A DNA stretch of 64,000 nucleotides from assembly GCA_036253495.1 (NCBI GenBank), contig GCA_036253495.1_4125.1; one strand, 5' to 3'. The DNA is from a phage. Below the pieces are notes generated by a model. That model searched no databases. It was not told the DNA's origin and worked only from the letters and a program-made list of their open reading frames with translations. Shown in pieces: positions 55,875-64,000 of this stretch; the stretch's first letter is position 1, and the number at the start of each line of letters is the position of its first letter. The position numbers and the translations under genes were made by a program.

Positions 55875-56129
55875 ATGGCTAAACCTAAGTATAAAAATGA
55901 TGGTTCCCTTTCTCCTACTGAGTTCAGGAAAATACAACAAGAAATCGATGATTTACAGCACAAACGCTCAATGAAAGGTGTGAAGATTAGTAAGAAGCGA
56001 ATCGAGAATACTTTTGGGTGTAGTAGTACTGAATATAAGAAGAAAAGGAAACCAAAGGATGTTAAGCCGAGAATACATGATGTAACTCGCTATACATCAA
56101 AACGTGAAAATAAATTCGATCCACTATAA
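55875..56129 (+). CDS. hypothetical basic protein
   Basis: SD AAGGAGA + ATG 55875 (track GTG 55872); Lys/Arg-rich. Confidence 0.6.
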   Translation: MAKPKYKNDGSLSPTEFRKIQQEIDDLQHKRSMKGVKISKKRIENTFGCSSTEYKKKRKPKDVKPRIHDVTRYTSKRENKFDPL

Positions 56130-56138
56130 GGAGTTCAT

Positions 56139-56375
56139 ATGAAAGTTGAAGTTCAGCATAGTATTGTTCAGGATATGTCAGTGGTTAAGTTTCTTTCTCT
56201 GAAAGATTACTTCAGATGTATCAAGTTCCTTGAAGAATCTCAATTACAGTGGACCCCCTTAAAGTACAGTTCATCCAATGACACTGCTAGTATTCGTTGT
56301 GATGAAGCTGTACTTGTAAAAATCTCCAAGCGATTTGGAGTTGGGAAATACAATGAAAAACAATCATTCAAGTGA
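56139..56375 (+). CDS. hypothetical protein
   Basis: track ORF 78 aa. Confidence 0.6.
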   Translation: MKVEVQHSIVQDMSVVKFLSLKDYFRCIKFLEESQLQWTPLKYSSSNDTASIRCDEAVLVKISKRFGVGKYNEKQSFK

Positions 56376-56607
56376 TTTGTTATATTATAAAGTACTATCA
56401 GAATGTTTGACAGATGTATTGTACCGTGAGAGTAATACTCTACGTGCAAAATATATTAACAAAAGAGTACGTTATAAATCATCTTATGATGGGATGAATG
56501 TTTATGGTAAAATCACTAATGTATATGTAGATGATGATTTTACATTGAATATCACTGTCGATAATTGTATTGGTATCTCAATTGATGATATTATTGAGGT
56601 AATCTAA
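56353..56607 (+). CDS. KYIGK-family small protein
   Basis: ATG 56353 (track 56335); AKYINKRV. Confidence 0.6.
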   Translation: MKNNHSSDLLYYKVLSECLTDVLYRESNTLRAKYINKRVRYKSSYDGMNVYGKITNVYVDDDFTLNITVDNCIGISIDDIIEVI

Positions 56608-56918
56608 TGAATAAAGCATTAAAAGAACTTCATAATTTAATGAATGCAGAAATTGAATTAACTAATACTATTTCTGAAATTGTTCATGATATGATTACAC
56701 AATACAAGAAATCACTCATTGGTAAGAAAGTTGAATGCTGGGATTACAACACTAAAACATGGTTCGAAACTATCATTAGTGATGTTAATGTTAAATTTCA
56801 TGTAGTTACTCATCACATTTCTGACGAGTGCTATGTAGAAGTAACTATAGGACACAACACGCGACATGAACGTTTTTCGTGGTACAATCTAAAGAATGTG
56901 AAATTTATTGAGGATTAA
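56607..56918 (+). CDS. KYIGK-family small protein
   Basis: track ORF; SLIGKKV. Confidence 0.65.
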   Translation: MNKALKELHNLMNAEIELTNTISEIVHDMITQYKKSLIGKKVECWDYNTKTWFETIISDVNVKFHVVTHHISDECYVEVTIGHNTRHERFSWYNLKNVKFIED

Positions 56919-57851
56919 ATGCCAACTATTACACTAACAGTTGGATTGCCAGGATGTGGTAAAACCACGTGGGCAGTGCAAGAAATTAAAAAAGCAAAGT
57001 CCAAGACTATCAACATCAACCGTGATGATATTCGAGAGTCTATGGCTGGGTCACATGATGCTTATAAATTCACTGATGCGAACGAGAAGTACGTAACTAA
57101 TCAACAGTTCAGTGCAGCAAACGCCGCAGCAGCGAATGGATGGAACATTATTGTGTCCGATACGAACCTGAAACAAGGTTTTCGTGATGAATGGAAACGT
57201 TGGGCTAAAGATAATGGCTACGACTACAAAGAAAAGAACTTCTACGAAGATTTTGTACCGAATGAAGACCGTGGTGCAGATGTTCATGAATTCTTTAAGA
57301 TTAAGGAATTCGTGAAGCTCTGTAAGAAACGCAACCTTCTTCGTGAGCGTTCAGTACAAGATGAAATCATTGACACTATGGCAGATACGTACTATTATAG
57401 TAAGGCGATGCACATTGGTTACTATGGTAATGCACGTGAAGCTGCTATCATTGTTGATATCGACGGTACTCTTGCTCATAAGTGGGGACGTAACCCGTTT
57501 GATGAAAGTACTGTCCTTCAGGATACACCAGATGAAGAAGTAATTCTGTCTGTCATTGCTGAGGCTGTTTTCCATAAGCGTAAGGTAATCGTCATGAGTG
57601 GGCGTACTGAAGGGTGTCGTGCTGATACTGAACAGTGGCTTAAGAATTGGGGCATTCCCTACGATGTATTGTTAATGCGAGCTATCGATGATAAACGTCC
57701 TGATGATGTTGTCAAATTCGAGTTGTATATGAATAACGTTGTTAATCATTACGATGTTAAGAAAGTATTTGATGACAGGGCCGCCGTTGTATTCATGTGG
57801 CGTAAGCTACTAGGCTTGAAAGTATTTCAGGTGGAACCTGGACTATTTTGA
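56919..57851 (+). CDS. pnk: polynucleotide 5'-kinase / 3'-phosphatase (T4 Pnk/PseT-like)
   Basis: 310 aa; kinase P-loop GLPGCGKTT, phosphatase DIDGTL, C-terminal RKDDV..K-like block; collinear with T4 Pnk as I recall it. Confidence 0.85.
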   Translation: MPTITLTVGLPGCGKTTWAVQEIKKAKSKTININRDDIRESMAGSHDAYKFTDANEKYVTNQQFSAANAAAANGWNIIVSDTNLKQGFRDEWKRWAKDNGYDYKEKNFYEDFVPNEDRGADVHEFFKIKEFVKLCKKRNLLRERSVQDEIIDTMADTYYYSKAMHIGYYGNAREAAIIVDIDGTLAHKWGRNPFDESTVLQDTPDEEVILSVIAEAVFHKRKVIVMSGRTEGCRADTEQWLKNWGIPYDVLLMRAIDDKRPDDVVKFELYMNNVVNHYDVKKVFDDRAAVVFMWRKLLGLKVFQVEPGLF

Positions 57852-57861
57852 TTATTACAAA

Positions 57862-57889
57862 GGGATCAGTACTGATCCCTTTTCTTTTA
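57862..57889 (+). terminator. rho-independent terminator
   Basis: GGGATCAGTACTGATCCC hairpin then TTTTCTTTT. Confidence 0.75.
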
Positions 57890-57903
57890 ATTTAGGTGAT
57901 ATA

Positions 57904-58164
57904 ATGGATAATAGTTATGATGTACATTTCAAACAATGCCAGTTGGTTTTACACTCCCTAATGGAAGAGTTGCGAATCAAGTACATAGGCAAAATTGCTA
58001 CATGTTTATCAACTGGAAGACGTGGGCAAATTGTAGAGATTTATTATTCTCCACTTAGTGATGAAATTAAAATAAAAGCTAAAATATTCCTAACTGGATC
58101 TAACAATTTCTTGGGTGAACATATGGTAAAAATTATCTCTGAATTATCGATAACGGATGAATAA
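57904..58164 (+). CDS. KYIGK-family small protein
   Basis: track ORF; IKYIGKIA. Confidence 0.7.
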   Translation: MDNSYDVHFKQCQLVLHSLMEELRIKYIGKIATCLSTGRRGQIVEIYYSPLSDEIKIKAKIFLTGSNNFLGEHMVKIISELSITDE

Positions 58165-58166
58165 AC

Positions 58167-58433
58167 ATGGATATTAATAAAGATTTTAGATTTATCAATT
58201 CGCATATACAAGTACTGAAAACATTAGTAAAACAAGTATCAGAAAAATACACAGGAACTTATGTTAGATGTGCTTTTGATGCAAATGACTGGCAACGAAT
58301 TATAAAAATAGATTCAGTTTATCTTGATACAAATAATAGTATTACAGTTTCAGGTATTGATATGTATGGTCATCGATATCAATTTACTACAAGAGCCACA
58401 ATAACTACAGTGGATGGATATGAATACGAATGA
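58167..58433 (+). CDS. KYIGK-family small protein
   Basis: track ORF; EKYTGTYV. Confidence 0.7.
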   Translation: MDINKDFRFINSHIQVLKTLVKQVSEKYTGTYVRCAFDANDWQRIIKIDSVYLDTNNSITVSGIDMYGHRYQFTTRATITTVDGYEYE

Positions 58434-58719
58434 ATTCCAAGCATTATTGAAAACATTATATCTTCTTAAAGAAGAATCTCTTGCAATGTATAATGAAAAA
58501 CAATACAAGTTTGAAGAACAACTCATTCATTTTCATGATGAATATCTTGACTTTTTGAATAAAAAATACTCAAATGTTCAGTGCAAATATCGAGGTAGTG
58601 ATGTTATTATTACCGAAATCGAATCCAGTACTTACGGATATCCATACCTTTGTTGCAAATATATCCCAAGTAATATAACATTTCGCTCAAGAATGTATTC
58701 GAGGTTTATTTTTTCATGA
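58414..58719 (+). CDS. hypothetical small protein (KYIGK-family-like)
   Basis: track ORF 101 aa. Confidence 0.55.
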   Translation: MDMNTNEFQALLKTLYLLKEESLAMYNEKQYKFEEQLIHFHDEYLDFLNKKYSNVQCKYRGSDVIITEIESSTYGYPYLCCKYIPSNITFRSRMYSRFIFS

Positions 58720-58997
58720 ATAATGATTCATTGAAGTTTTTTTATTATCATTATCGTATTTTACGTAGTTTATATTTTTCAGAATCCGATGAAAGATTAC
58801 TAACATCATTATCAGTACTGATGGATAATTACGAGAACGAATTATCAAAAGTGGTTTTTGGTGTCAATGTTCTAGATGATACCGATTTAACATGGACAAT
58901 TATTGAAGTGGCGACCTGGAATGGTAATATTTTGTACAGGTGCGAACGAGCAGGTTTTTTATGGGATGCAACATATGACGAGATTAGAATTGTATGA
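58716..58997 (+). CDS. hypothetical small protein (KYIGK-family-like)
   Basis: track ORF 93 aa; ATGA coupling. Confidence 0.55.
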   Translation: MNNDSLKFFYYHYRILRSLYFSESDERLLTSLSVLMDNYENELSKVVFGVNVLDDTDLTWTIIEVATWNGNILYRCERAGFLWDATYDEIRIV

Positions 58998-59274
58998 CAG
59001 GCAAGTGAAATTGATAAGAGATACTCGTCGTTTCTTTCATACTCAATTAGTAGACCCATGTTATGATATTTCCGATTTCCTTGAAACCTATCTCCTTGAT
59101 CTAACTACACCACTGCTTAAAAAATACGTAGGAACAAAAGCTATATATCTTGGAAGAGAAGTTGAAATTACCAACATATCATATTCTTATGGGGCATACA
59201 TGTATACGGCAAAATCTGATAATGGACAAAGATATTATGCAATACGATCAAGAGAACTTACTATTATTGGATAG
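58975..59274 (+). CDS. KYIGK-family small protein
   Basis: ATG 58966/58975 (track 58903); KKYVGTKA. Confidence 0.55.
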   Translation: MTRLELYDRQVKLIRDTRRFFHTQLVDPCYDISDFLETYLLDLTTPLLKKYVGTKAIYLGREVEITNISYSYGAYMYTAKSDNGQRYYAIRSRELTIIG

Positions 59275-59302
59275 GCATCTTGCTATTCTTATCGACCTTG
59301 TG

Positions 59303-59566
59303 ATGGAAAGTGATGTAAAAATTTTTGAAAGTAGATTTCTTGAGGATTATAAAACTGAATTGCAAGAACTGTACAAAGGTAAAAAAGTATTACTTAGTAC
59401 TGGTGACTATGGTAAAATTGAGTACGTGTATTATGAATGGAAAAAGGTTATATATTTTATAAAAACCAAAATAAAATACCAAAATAAAACAAGAACCTAT
59501 AAAGCATATTACGATTCAAATGAGATAGAGATTATATATGACCAACACGTTAATAACAAAAAGTGA
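59303..59566 (+). CDS. KYIGK-family small protein
   Basis: ATG 59303 (track 59150; alt 59222); ELYKGKKV. Confidence 0.5.
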   Translation: MESDVKIFESRFLEDYKTELQELYKGKKVLLSTGDYGKIEYVYYEWKKVIYFIKTKIKYQNKTRTYKAYYDSNEIEIIYDQHVNNKK

Positions 59567-59861
59567 ATTAGATTATTTGAATTATATAAACAGATACTTT
59601 CTGATTCTATATAATATACTTCTTGAAGAACAATGCACTAAATCAAACCATCAGTTATATAACTATATTAACTGTATAATTAGTGAAATATATGAATCAT
59701 TGGAAAAGAGATTTAAGTACAGAACTATTAAGTGCGAAGATGATATTGTATATATTCATGGTGTTTTTGGTACAGGATATGGAATATTCGTTGATTATAA
59801 AATACACCCATTTGATCCGTACATAGAAAATAGTATGTACATAGAAGAGATTGAACTATGA
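59538..59861 (+). CDS. hypothetical small protein, paralog of 59858-60175
   Basis: track ORF; VFGTGYGIFVDY. Confidence 0.6.
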   Translation: MTNTLITKSELDYLNYINRYFLILYNILLEEQCTKSNHQLYNYINCIISEIYESLEKRFKYRTIKCEDDIVYIHGVFGTGYGIFVDYKIHPFDPYIENSMYIEEIEL

Positions 59862-60175
59862 CACAAGAAGAATATAATAAATTAATAATGTACGAGAATC
59901 ATTTTAATTATTGTCTGAAATGGTTATTGTACATTGATAACGTTGAGATGGATATGTACAGAAAAGAGGTGAATAAACGTGTTAAAGATTTCTATTACGA
60001 ATTGACTGATCTTTTTTATAATAATGTAGTATATGAAGCAAATACCAGTCGTGATTATGACCTTTATATCAAGCAAATATGGGGTACTGACTACGGTCTG
60101 ATGATTGATTGCAGTACTGATGTTAATACAGACAGACCCAGTACTACATTGTATCTGGATGAGATTTTCATATGA
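59858..60175 (+). CDS. hypothetical small protein, paralog of 59538-59861
   Basis: track ORF; IWGTDYGLMIDC; ATGA coupling. Confidence 0.6.
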   Translation: MTQEEYNKLIMYENHFNYCLKWLLYIDNVEMDMYRKEVNKRVKDFYYELTDLFYNNVVYEANTSRDYDLYIKQIWGTDYGLMIDCSTDVNTDRPSTTLYLDEIFI

Positions 60176-60474
60176 ATGAACTATTACTTTGTCATAAAAC
60201 ATACATTATGCTATTCAGAACGTGCCATGATATGCGAATTGAGGGGATACTAGACTACCCAACTATGATGATTAACTTCAGGGTGTTAATGGATTCATAT
60301 TCACAATCTGTTATTGATGCATTTGAAGGTAGAGAAATAAAGTTCAAAAATGCCAGGACAAATAATGAGCTATGTGATACAATTAAATCAGTGGGGATTT
60401 CGGTTCCAAATGTGTACGTAATCCCATTGATGTACGGAAAAGTAGTATCCACTAACGAAATTATTAGTATATGA
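60172..60474 (+). CDS. hypothetical small protein
   Basis: track ORF 100 aa; ATGA coupling. Confidence 0.6.
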   Translation: MNELLLCHKTYIMLFRTCHDMRIEGILDYPTMMINFRVLMDSYSQSVIDAFEGREIKFKNARTNNELCDTIKSVGISVPNVYVIPLMYGKVVSTNEIISI

Positions 60475-60770
60475 TTAAAACATTATATGAAGCAGAAGAA
60501 ACATATAAACTTCTGTGGGAAACTTTTATTTTTGACAAATACTATAATAGAACTGAATGGTTAGAGGTAAGTAAAATATATCTTCAAATTTTAAATGATT
60601 ATTTTTGTCCGTTCGTTGCTGAATGTAAAAATAATCCAATTGAAGAAATTAATATAATCGAAATAGTAGATGGGTTTGGTGCGTGGTTGATATACCAAGA
60701 CAACTATCACTTTTCTAATTATATCGAAGATATCGGTAAAATAATTGTAATTAAAGGAGTCATACTATGA
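60471..60770 (+). CDS. hypothetical small protein
   Basis: track ORF 99 aa; ATGA coupling. Confidence 0.6.
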   Translation: MIKTLYEAEETYKLLWETFIFDKYYNRTEWLEVSKIYLQILNDYFCPFVAECKNNPIEEINIIEIVDGFGAWLIYQDNYHFSNYIEDIGKIIVIKGVIL

Positions 60771-61384
60771 TTTATGCACTATACGTACTATACGTACTTG
60801 GTCTGGTTATTGGTTGGTTTTTGGCAAAATCTTACAACCGTAATGCACTGGCATACACAGTATTTGGTATTATTTTTACGCCAGTACTAGAACTAGGTTT
60901 ACTAATTATTATGGGTCGCCGTGACATGACACCAGTCATTGACGATAATCGTGATAAAGCAGTACATGATGTACCAGTTTTTGAAGGATATACGCCAACT
61001 TTAACTGTTGATGACGTTTACATTGATGGTGCTGCTGAAGAAGTTAAATCAGTTCAGGAAGAAGTTGAAGAAGTTCCAGTAAAAGAAGAACCACAACCAA
61101 AAGCATCAACAACTAAAACAAAAGCAAAAACTTCTAAGAAAACAAAAGGTCGCAAGACTAGCACTAAAAATACCAAAAAAACCAGTACAACTCGCAAAAG
61201 CACTAAAACTGATAAGGAAGCATCTTCCAGTACTACCAGTACTGATGATGGTACAAGCACTGTTCTACTGACAGCAGCAACAACTGCCGCAATTATCAGT
61301 ACTTCATCCTATAGCGACTCATCTTCCTCTTATGACAGTGGCTCTTGTGATAGTTCAAGCTCAAGTTCAGGAAGCTGTGATTAA
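60767..61384 (+). CDS. membrane protein with Ser/Thr/Lys-rich low-complexity tail
   Basis: track ORF 205 aa; two N-terminal TM helices; tail KTKAKTSKKTKGRKTSTKNTKKTSTTRKSTK..SSSSSSGSCD. Confidence 0.65.
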   Translation: MIYALYVLYVLGLVIGWFLAKSYNRNALAYTVFGIIFTPVLELGLLIIMGRRDMTPVIDDNRDKAVHDVPVFEGYTPTLTVDDVYIDGAAEEVKSVQEEVEEVPVKEEPQPKASTTKTKAKTSKKTKGRKTSTKNTKKTSTTRKSTKTDKEASSSTTSTDDGTSTVLLTAATTAAIISTSSYSDSSSSYDSGSCDSSSSSSGSCD

Positions 61385-61728
61385 TGGTTCCGTTATCATC
61401 TGAACTAAGGTACTTCGAATCTCTCCTTGATCTTCAATCAGAATTCGTTAGTACCTTAAAAAATAAATTAATAGGCAAAAAAGTAAAATTCACTCAAGAG
61501 TATATTGACCACATCAATAAGGCTAAGGAGGATGAAGTAGATTCTGACTGGATTTATTGTGATGATGAAGCTTCTCATATCAACGAAAATACAGTTATGT
61601 TTATTACTTTGTTGCGAGTAAAGAATTCATCAATCTATGTTGATGTTGAATATGAAAATCCAAAAAGTTCTGAATGGTACGGATTCACTTACCGTTTAGA
61701 TCGTTTAGAACTAATAGAAGAGGAATAA
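61384..61728 (+). CDS. KYIGK-family small protein
   Basis: track ORF; NKLIGKKV. Confidence 0.65.
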   Translation: MVPLSSELRYFESLLDLQSEFVSTLKNKLIGKKVKFTQEYIDHINKAKEDEVDSDWIYCDDEASHINENTVMFITLLRVKNSSIYVDVEYENPKSSEWYGFTYRLDRLELIEEE

Positions 61729-61971
61729 ATGATTTTATTTTTTGCTTTGTATGGTGTAGGAGTACTGAGTACATTTATCAGTACTTTTCTTATCATCAAT
61801 TGGGGTTCTTTTAAAGATACCCCTACCACAATGATTAATATTAGTACCTGCTCTATGTTATCAGTACTGTGGCCTGTGTCGTTGGTGTATCTTTTCATTT
61901 CAATCTGTAAAGATTTTTACGATACACTAACAAAATTCAAGAAGAAGAAACATGACAAAGACGGAAATTGA
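61729..61971 (+). CDS. small membrane protein (two TM helices)
   Basis: track ORF 80 aa. Confidence 0.55.
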   Translation: MILFFALYGVGVLSTFISTFLIINWGSFKDTPTTMINISTCSMLSVLWPVSLVYLFISICKDFYDTLTKFKKKKHDKDGN

Positions 61972-62206
61972 ACAGTTAAAGATGTTACAATCGTTATCTG
62001 ATGATTTTGTCCAACGTGCTAAGCACAAATATATTGGTCAAGAAATTCTTCTTAAACACTCCAGAGGTTGGCAAAAAATATGCATAAGAGATATGGGAAC
62101 ATATTATGGTGATGTGCGATATTACGTAGATTGCTATGTTAATGACCAAATTGCCAATACTCAAGTTGTCACCTATGATAAAATTATATGGATTAAAGAA
62201 CAATGA
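61952..62206 (+). CDS. KYIGK-family small protein
   Basis: track ORF; HKYIGQEI. Confidence 0.65.
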   Translation: MTKTEIEQLKMLQSLSDDFVQRAKHKYIGQEILLKHSRGWQKICIRDMGTYYGDVRYYVDCYVNDQIANTQVVTYDKIIWIKEQ

Positions 62207-62946
62207 AACATTTCTTAGAAGTAACAGTTCCTGATGAAAAAGATTTGTATATAGTAGGAGACATTCACGGTAATGCAAAACTATGGGAACATACCAAGAA
62301 AGAATTTGGTATTACTCCTGAAGATTATGTATTCAGTTTAGGCGATTTAATTGACAGAGGTGAGCAAAGTGCTCACCTTTTGTTTGAGTTTTTATTCGCT
62401 GAGAATCGATATATGATCATGGGCAATCATGAATCGATGTGTATTGATTCTGCAACTCATCGTGACTGGTATCATTGCTGGACACAGAATGGGGGCGATA
62501 AGTTCCTGGAAGAAGTTGGTGTATCAGGAGTGGAATTCTTCCGTCAGTACTTGAACCAGCTACCTATGATTATCCAAATCAATCACAGAGGACTCAAGAT
62601 TGGCCTCGTACATGCAAGTGTAGACCTTAAGCACACTGACTGGAATAAGTTCATTACTGGGACAAAATCAATGTCCAGTGATACAATTGAGTCATGCCTA
62701 TGGGACAGAAAGACATTTGATTTCTGTAAAGCTAACAACGTCTTTAATGCACCACGTATTGCTAACGTCGATTACGTTCTTAGTGGTCATACCGCTGTGT
62801 TTGATCCCCTAATTTATGGAAACCGTATCTGGATTGACAGTCAGTTCCTTACTGGTGATTTGACTATTGCTACCCCACAAGGTGGTAAGATGCGTTATTT
62901 GCGTAAAGAAAAAGACGAATATTCATTCAGTCGATTCAAAAGGTAA
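62203..62946 (+). CDS. PPP-family Ser/Thr protein phosphatase (lambda-phosphatase-like metallophosphoesterase)
   Basis: GDIHGN, GDLIDRG, GNHE motifs in canonical order; ATGA coupling. Confidence 0.85.
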   Translation: MKHFLEVTVPDEKDLYIVGDIHGNAKLWEHTKKEFGITPEDYVFSLGDLIDRGEQSAHLLFEFLFAENRYMIMGNHESMCIDSATHRDWYHCWTQNGGDKFLEEVGVSGVEFFRQYLNQLPMIIQINHRGLKIGLVHASVDLKHTDWNKFITGTKSMSSDTIESCLWDRKTFDFCKANNVFNAPRIANVDYVLSGHTAVFDPLIYGNRIWIDSQFLTGDLTIATPQGGKMRYLRKEKDEYSFSRFKR

Positions 62947-62951
62947 TTATT

Positions 62952-63230
62952 ATGCATGACATGATTGATAGTGCATTAACCGAATTTAACTTTTTTAAAA
63001 AATCACTCGATACAATAATCAATGATACCAACCAACAAATGAAAGACCATTTAAGTGATAAATTGGTTGGTCGTTGGGTTGAGCTACCATATATAGATGG
63101 AACTACTGTTGGTGTGATTCATAGAATTGTAACAATTCATGAAGTGAAGGTGTATGTTGAAATTTTGGTTGACAATGAAACTAACAAATGTTTTGTACAA
63201 TTAAGCACTGAAGATTTAACTTTTTTATAA
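62952..63230 (+). CDS. KYIGK-family small protein
   Basis: track ORF; DKLVGRWV. Confidence 0.65.
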   Translation: MHDMIDSALTEFNFFKKSLDTIINDTNQQMKDHLSDKLVGRWVELPYIDGTTVGVIHRIVTIHEVKVYVEILVDNETNKCFVQLSTEDLTFL

Positions 63231-63239
63231 GGATATAAA

Positions 63240-63467
63240 ATGAAAGTAATTTATGTTCAGGTTGAAAAATATCAAACTGAAGATGGTCGCATTTTTGATT
63301 CAGCTAAACAAGCTGAGCATCATGAACGTATTATTTCTGGTGTTCGTCGCATTTGTCCTAAATGTAACGGAACACAACAAGTTCCCGATGAAGAATTTCG
63401 TCGCTATTATGCATGTCCAGATTGTGATGGTAAAGGATATGTAGAAAAACAAGAGGTATGGAAGTGA
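63240..63467 (+). CDS. small CxxCxGxG zinc-finger protein
   Basis: track ORF 75 aa; CPKCNGTQ and CPDCDGKG. Confidence 0.65.
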   Translation: MKVIYVQVEKYQTEDGRIFDSAKQAEHHERIISGVRRICPKCNGTQQVPDEEFRRYYACPDCDGKGYVEKQEVWK

Positions 63468-63877
63468 AACTATATTGCTTAACAAACATGTACTGTCAGG
63501 GTGTTCAGGCTGGCATTCAGGCATTTCATGCTGGTATTAAACTCGTCAAAGATTATGAAGGTTCAGTATTCAGTACTCTAATCGATGAATGGTATAATGA
63601 GCACGAAACTATTGTAATTCTCAATGCTGGCAACCAAGATAAATTAACCACTCATTACGAGAATCTATCCAAACAGGGCAAGGTTCCATTTGCTAAATTC
63701 AATGAACCAGGTTTGAACGATACCCTCACTAGTGTAGCAGTACTATGCACTGAAGAAATGATTGATGACATGGCACTGATGCGTACTAACGACCCAATGA
63801 CTGATTTACAGCTATGTCACAAATACGGTCATATGTACGAAACACTAAAAGCTATGAGTACAATGAGGACTATTTGA
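63458..63877 (+). CDS. hypothetical protein
   Basis: track ORF 139 aa. Confidence 0.6.
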   Translation: MEVKLYCLTNMYCQGVQAGIQAFHAGIKLVKDYEGSVFSTLIDEWYNEHETIVILNAGNQDKLTTHYENLSKQGKVPFAKFNEPGLNDTLTSVAVLCTEEMIDDMALMRTNDPMTDLQLCHKYGHMYETLKAMSTMRTI

Positions 63878-64000
63878 TGAATTTTCCTGAAAAGATTTTC
63901 GTCGCAAGACGTTTTGTTAGTGGGGATCAGGTTGACGGATATATTATCGACGCAACTAAAATGCACACTAAAGCATTTGAAACTAAGAAAGAACGTGTTG
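63877..64000 (+). CDS. hypothetical protein, 3'-truncated by window edge
   Basis: ATG 63877 overlapping previous stop; open to end of window. Confidence 0.45.
   Translation, partial: MNFPEKIFVARRFVSGDQVDGYIIDATKMHTKAFETKKERV

Noticed and set aside
4427-63444. Internal + strand ORFs nested in other frames (4427-4639, 20105-20317, 21949-22173, 26855-27082, 32704-32904, 38268-38555, 44216-44401, 44888-45094, 46947-47195, 53882-54127, 57343-57543, 63253-63444)
   Set aside because: Fully contained within longer ORFs that carry family motifs or enzyme signatures; no independent translation signals.
150-63524. All minus-strand ORFs in the six-frame track (for example 150-332, 3379-3639, 17172-17519, 33151-33645, 42181-42564, 55598-55963, 61054-61260)
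   Set aside because: Each lies antisense to a well-supported + strand gene, lacks its own promoter or Shine-Dalgarno, and several are low-complexity mirror images of the sense protein; treated as shadow ORFs.
1-64000. Integrase, transposase, IS element or prophage att sites
   Set aside because: No recombinase-like ORF or terminal inverted repeats recognised; the repeated DNA elements are promoter cassettes and paralogous genes, not transposon ends.

Overview
The window reads as a 64-kb segment of a large, AT-rich, virulent tailed-phage genome. Every gene I can support is on the + strand; the minus-strand track ORFs look like antisense shadows. No rRNA, tRNA, CRISPR, integrase or transposase was recognised. 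Layout: (i) 1-8200, an early-type region of small genes, most preceded by a near-identical sigma70-like promoter (TTGACA/TTGCAT-N16-17-TATAAT) plus a GGGGAGAA..TTCTCCCC 5'-UTR hairpin and Shine-Dalgarno, with a ~120-bp intergenic element present three times; (ii) 8398-13533 (plus outliers), a tandem array of about 26 small paralogs with an LGTNYQ motif; (iii) 12958-45699, about 50 paralogs of 100-280 aa sharing only an acidic-FQxS(L/T)V block, interrupted by a promoter-to-terminator operon encoding a methyl-accepting-chemotaxis-like transducer (32387-33799); (iv) 45753-46391, an ORF-free, more GC-rich island; (v) 46392-64000, recognisable enzymes - phage Dam-family N6-adenine methyltransferase, HxGH nucleotidyltransferase (NMN adenylyltransferase-like), T4 RnlA-like RNA ligase 1, T4-like polynucleotide kinase/3'-phosphatase, PPP-family Ser/Thr phosphatase - embedded in a third family of ~85-100 aa paralogs (KYIGK motif). 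Genome-wide, the palindrome AGTACT is strikingly over-represented. All calls rest on reading the sequence and on motif-level recognition; no database search was run, so homology statements are motif-based. Several track start codons lying inside promoters were replaced by downstream SD-associated ATGs.
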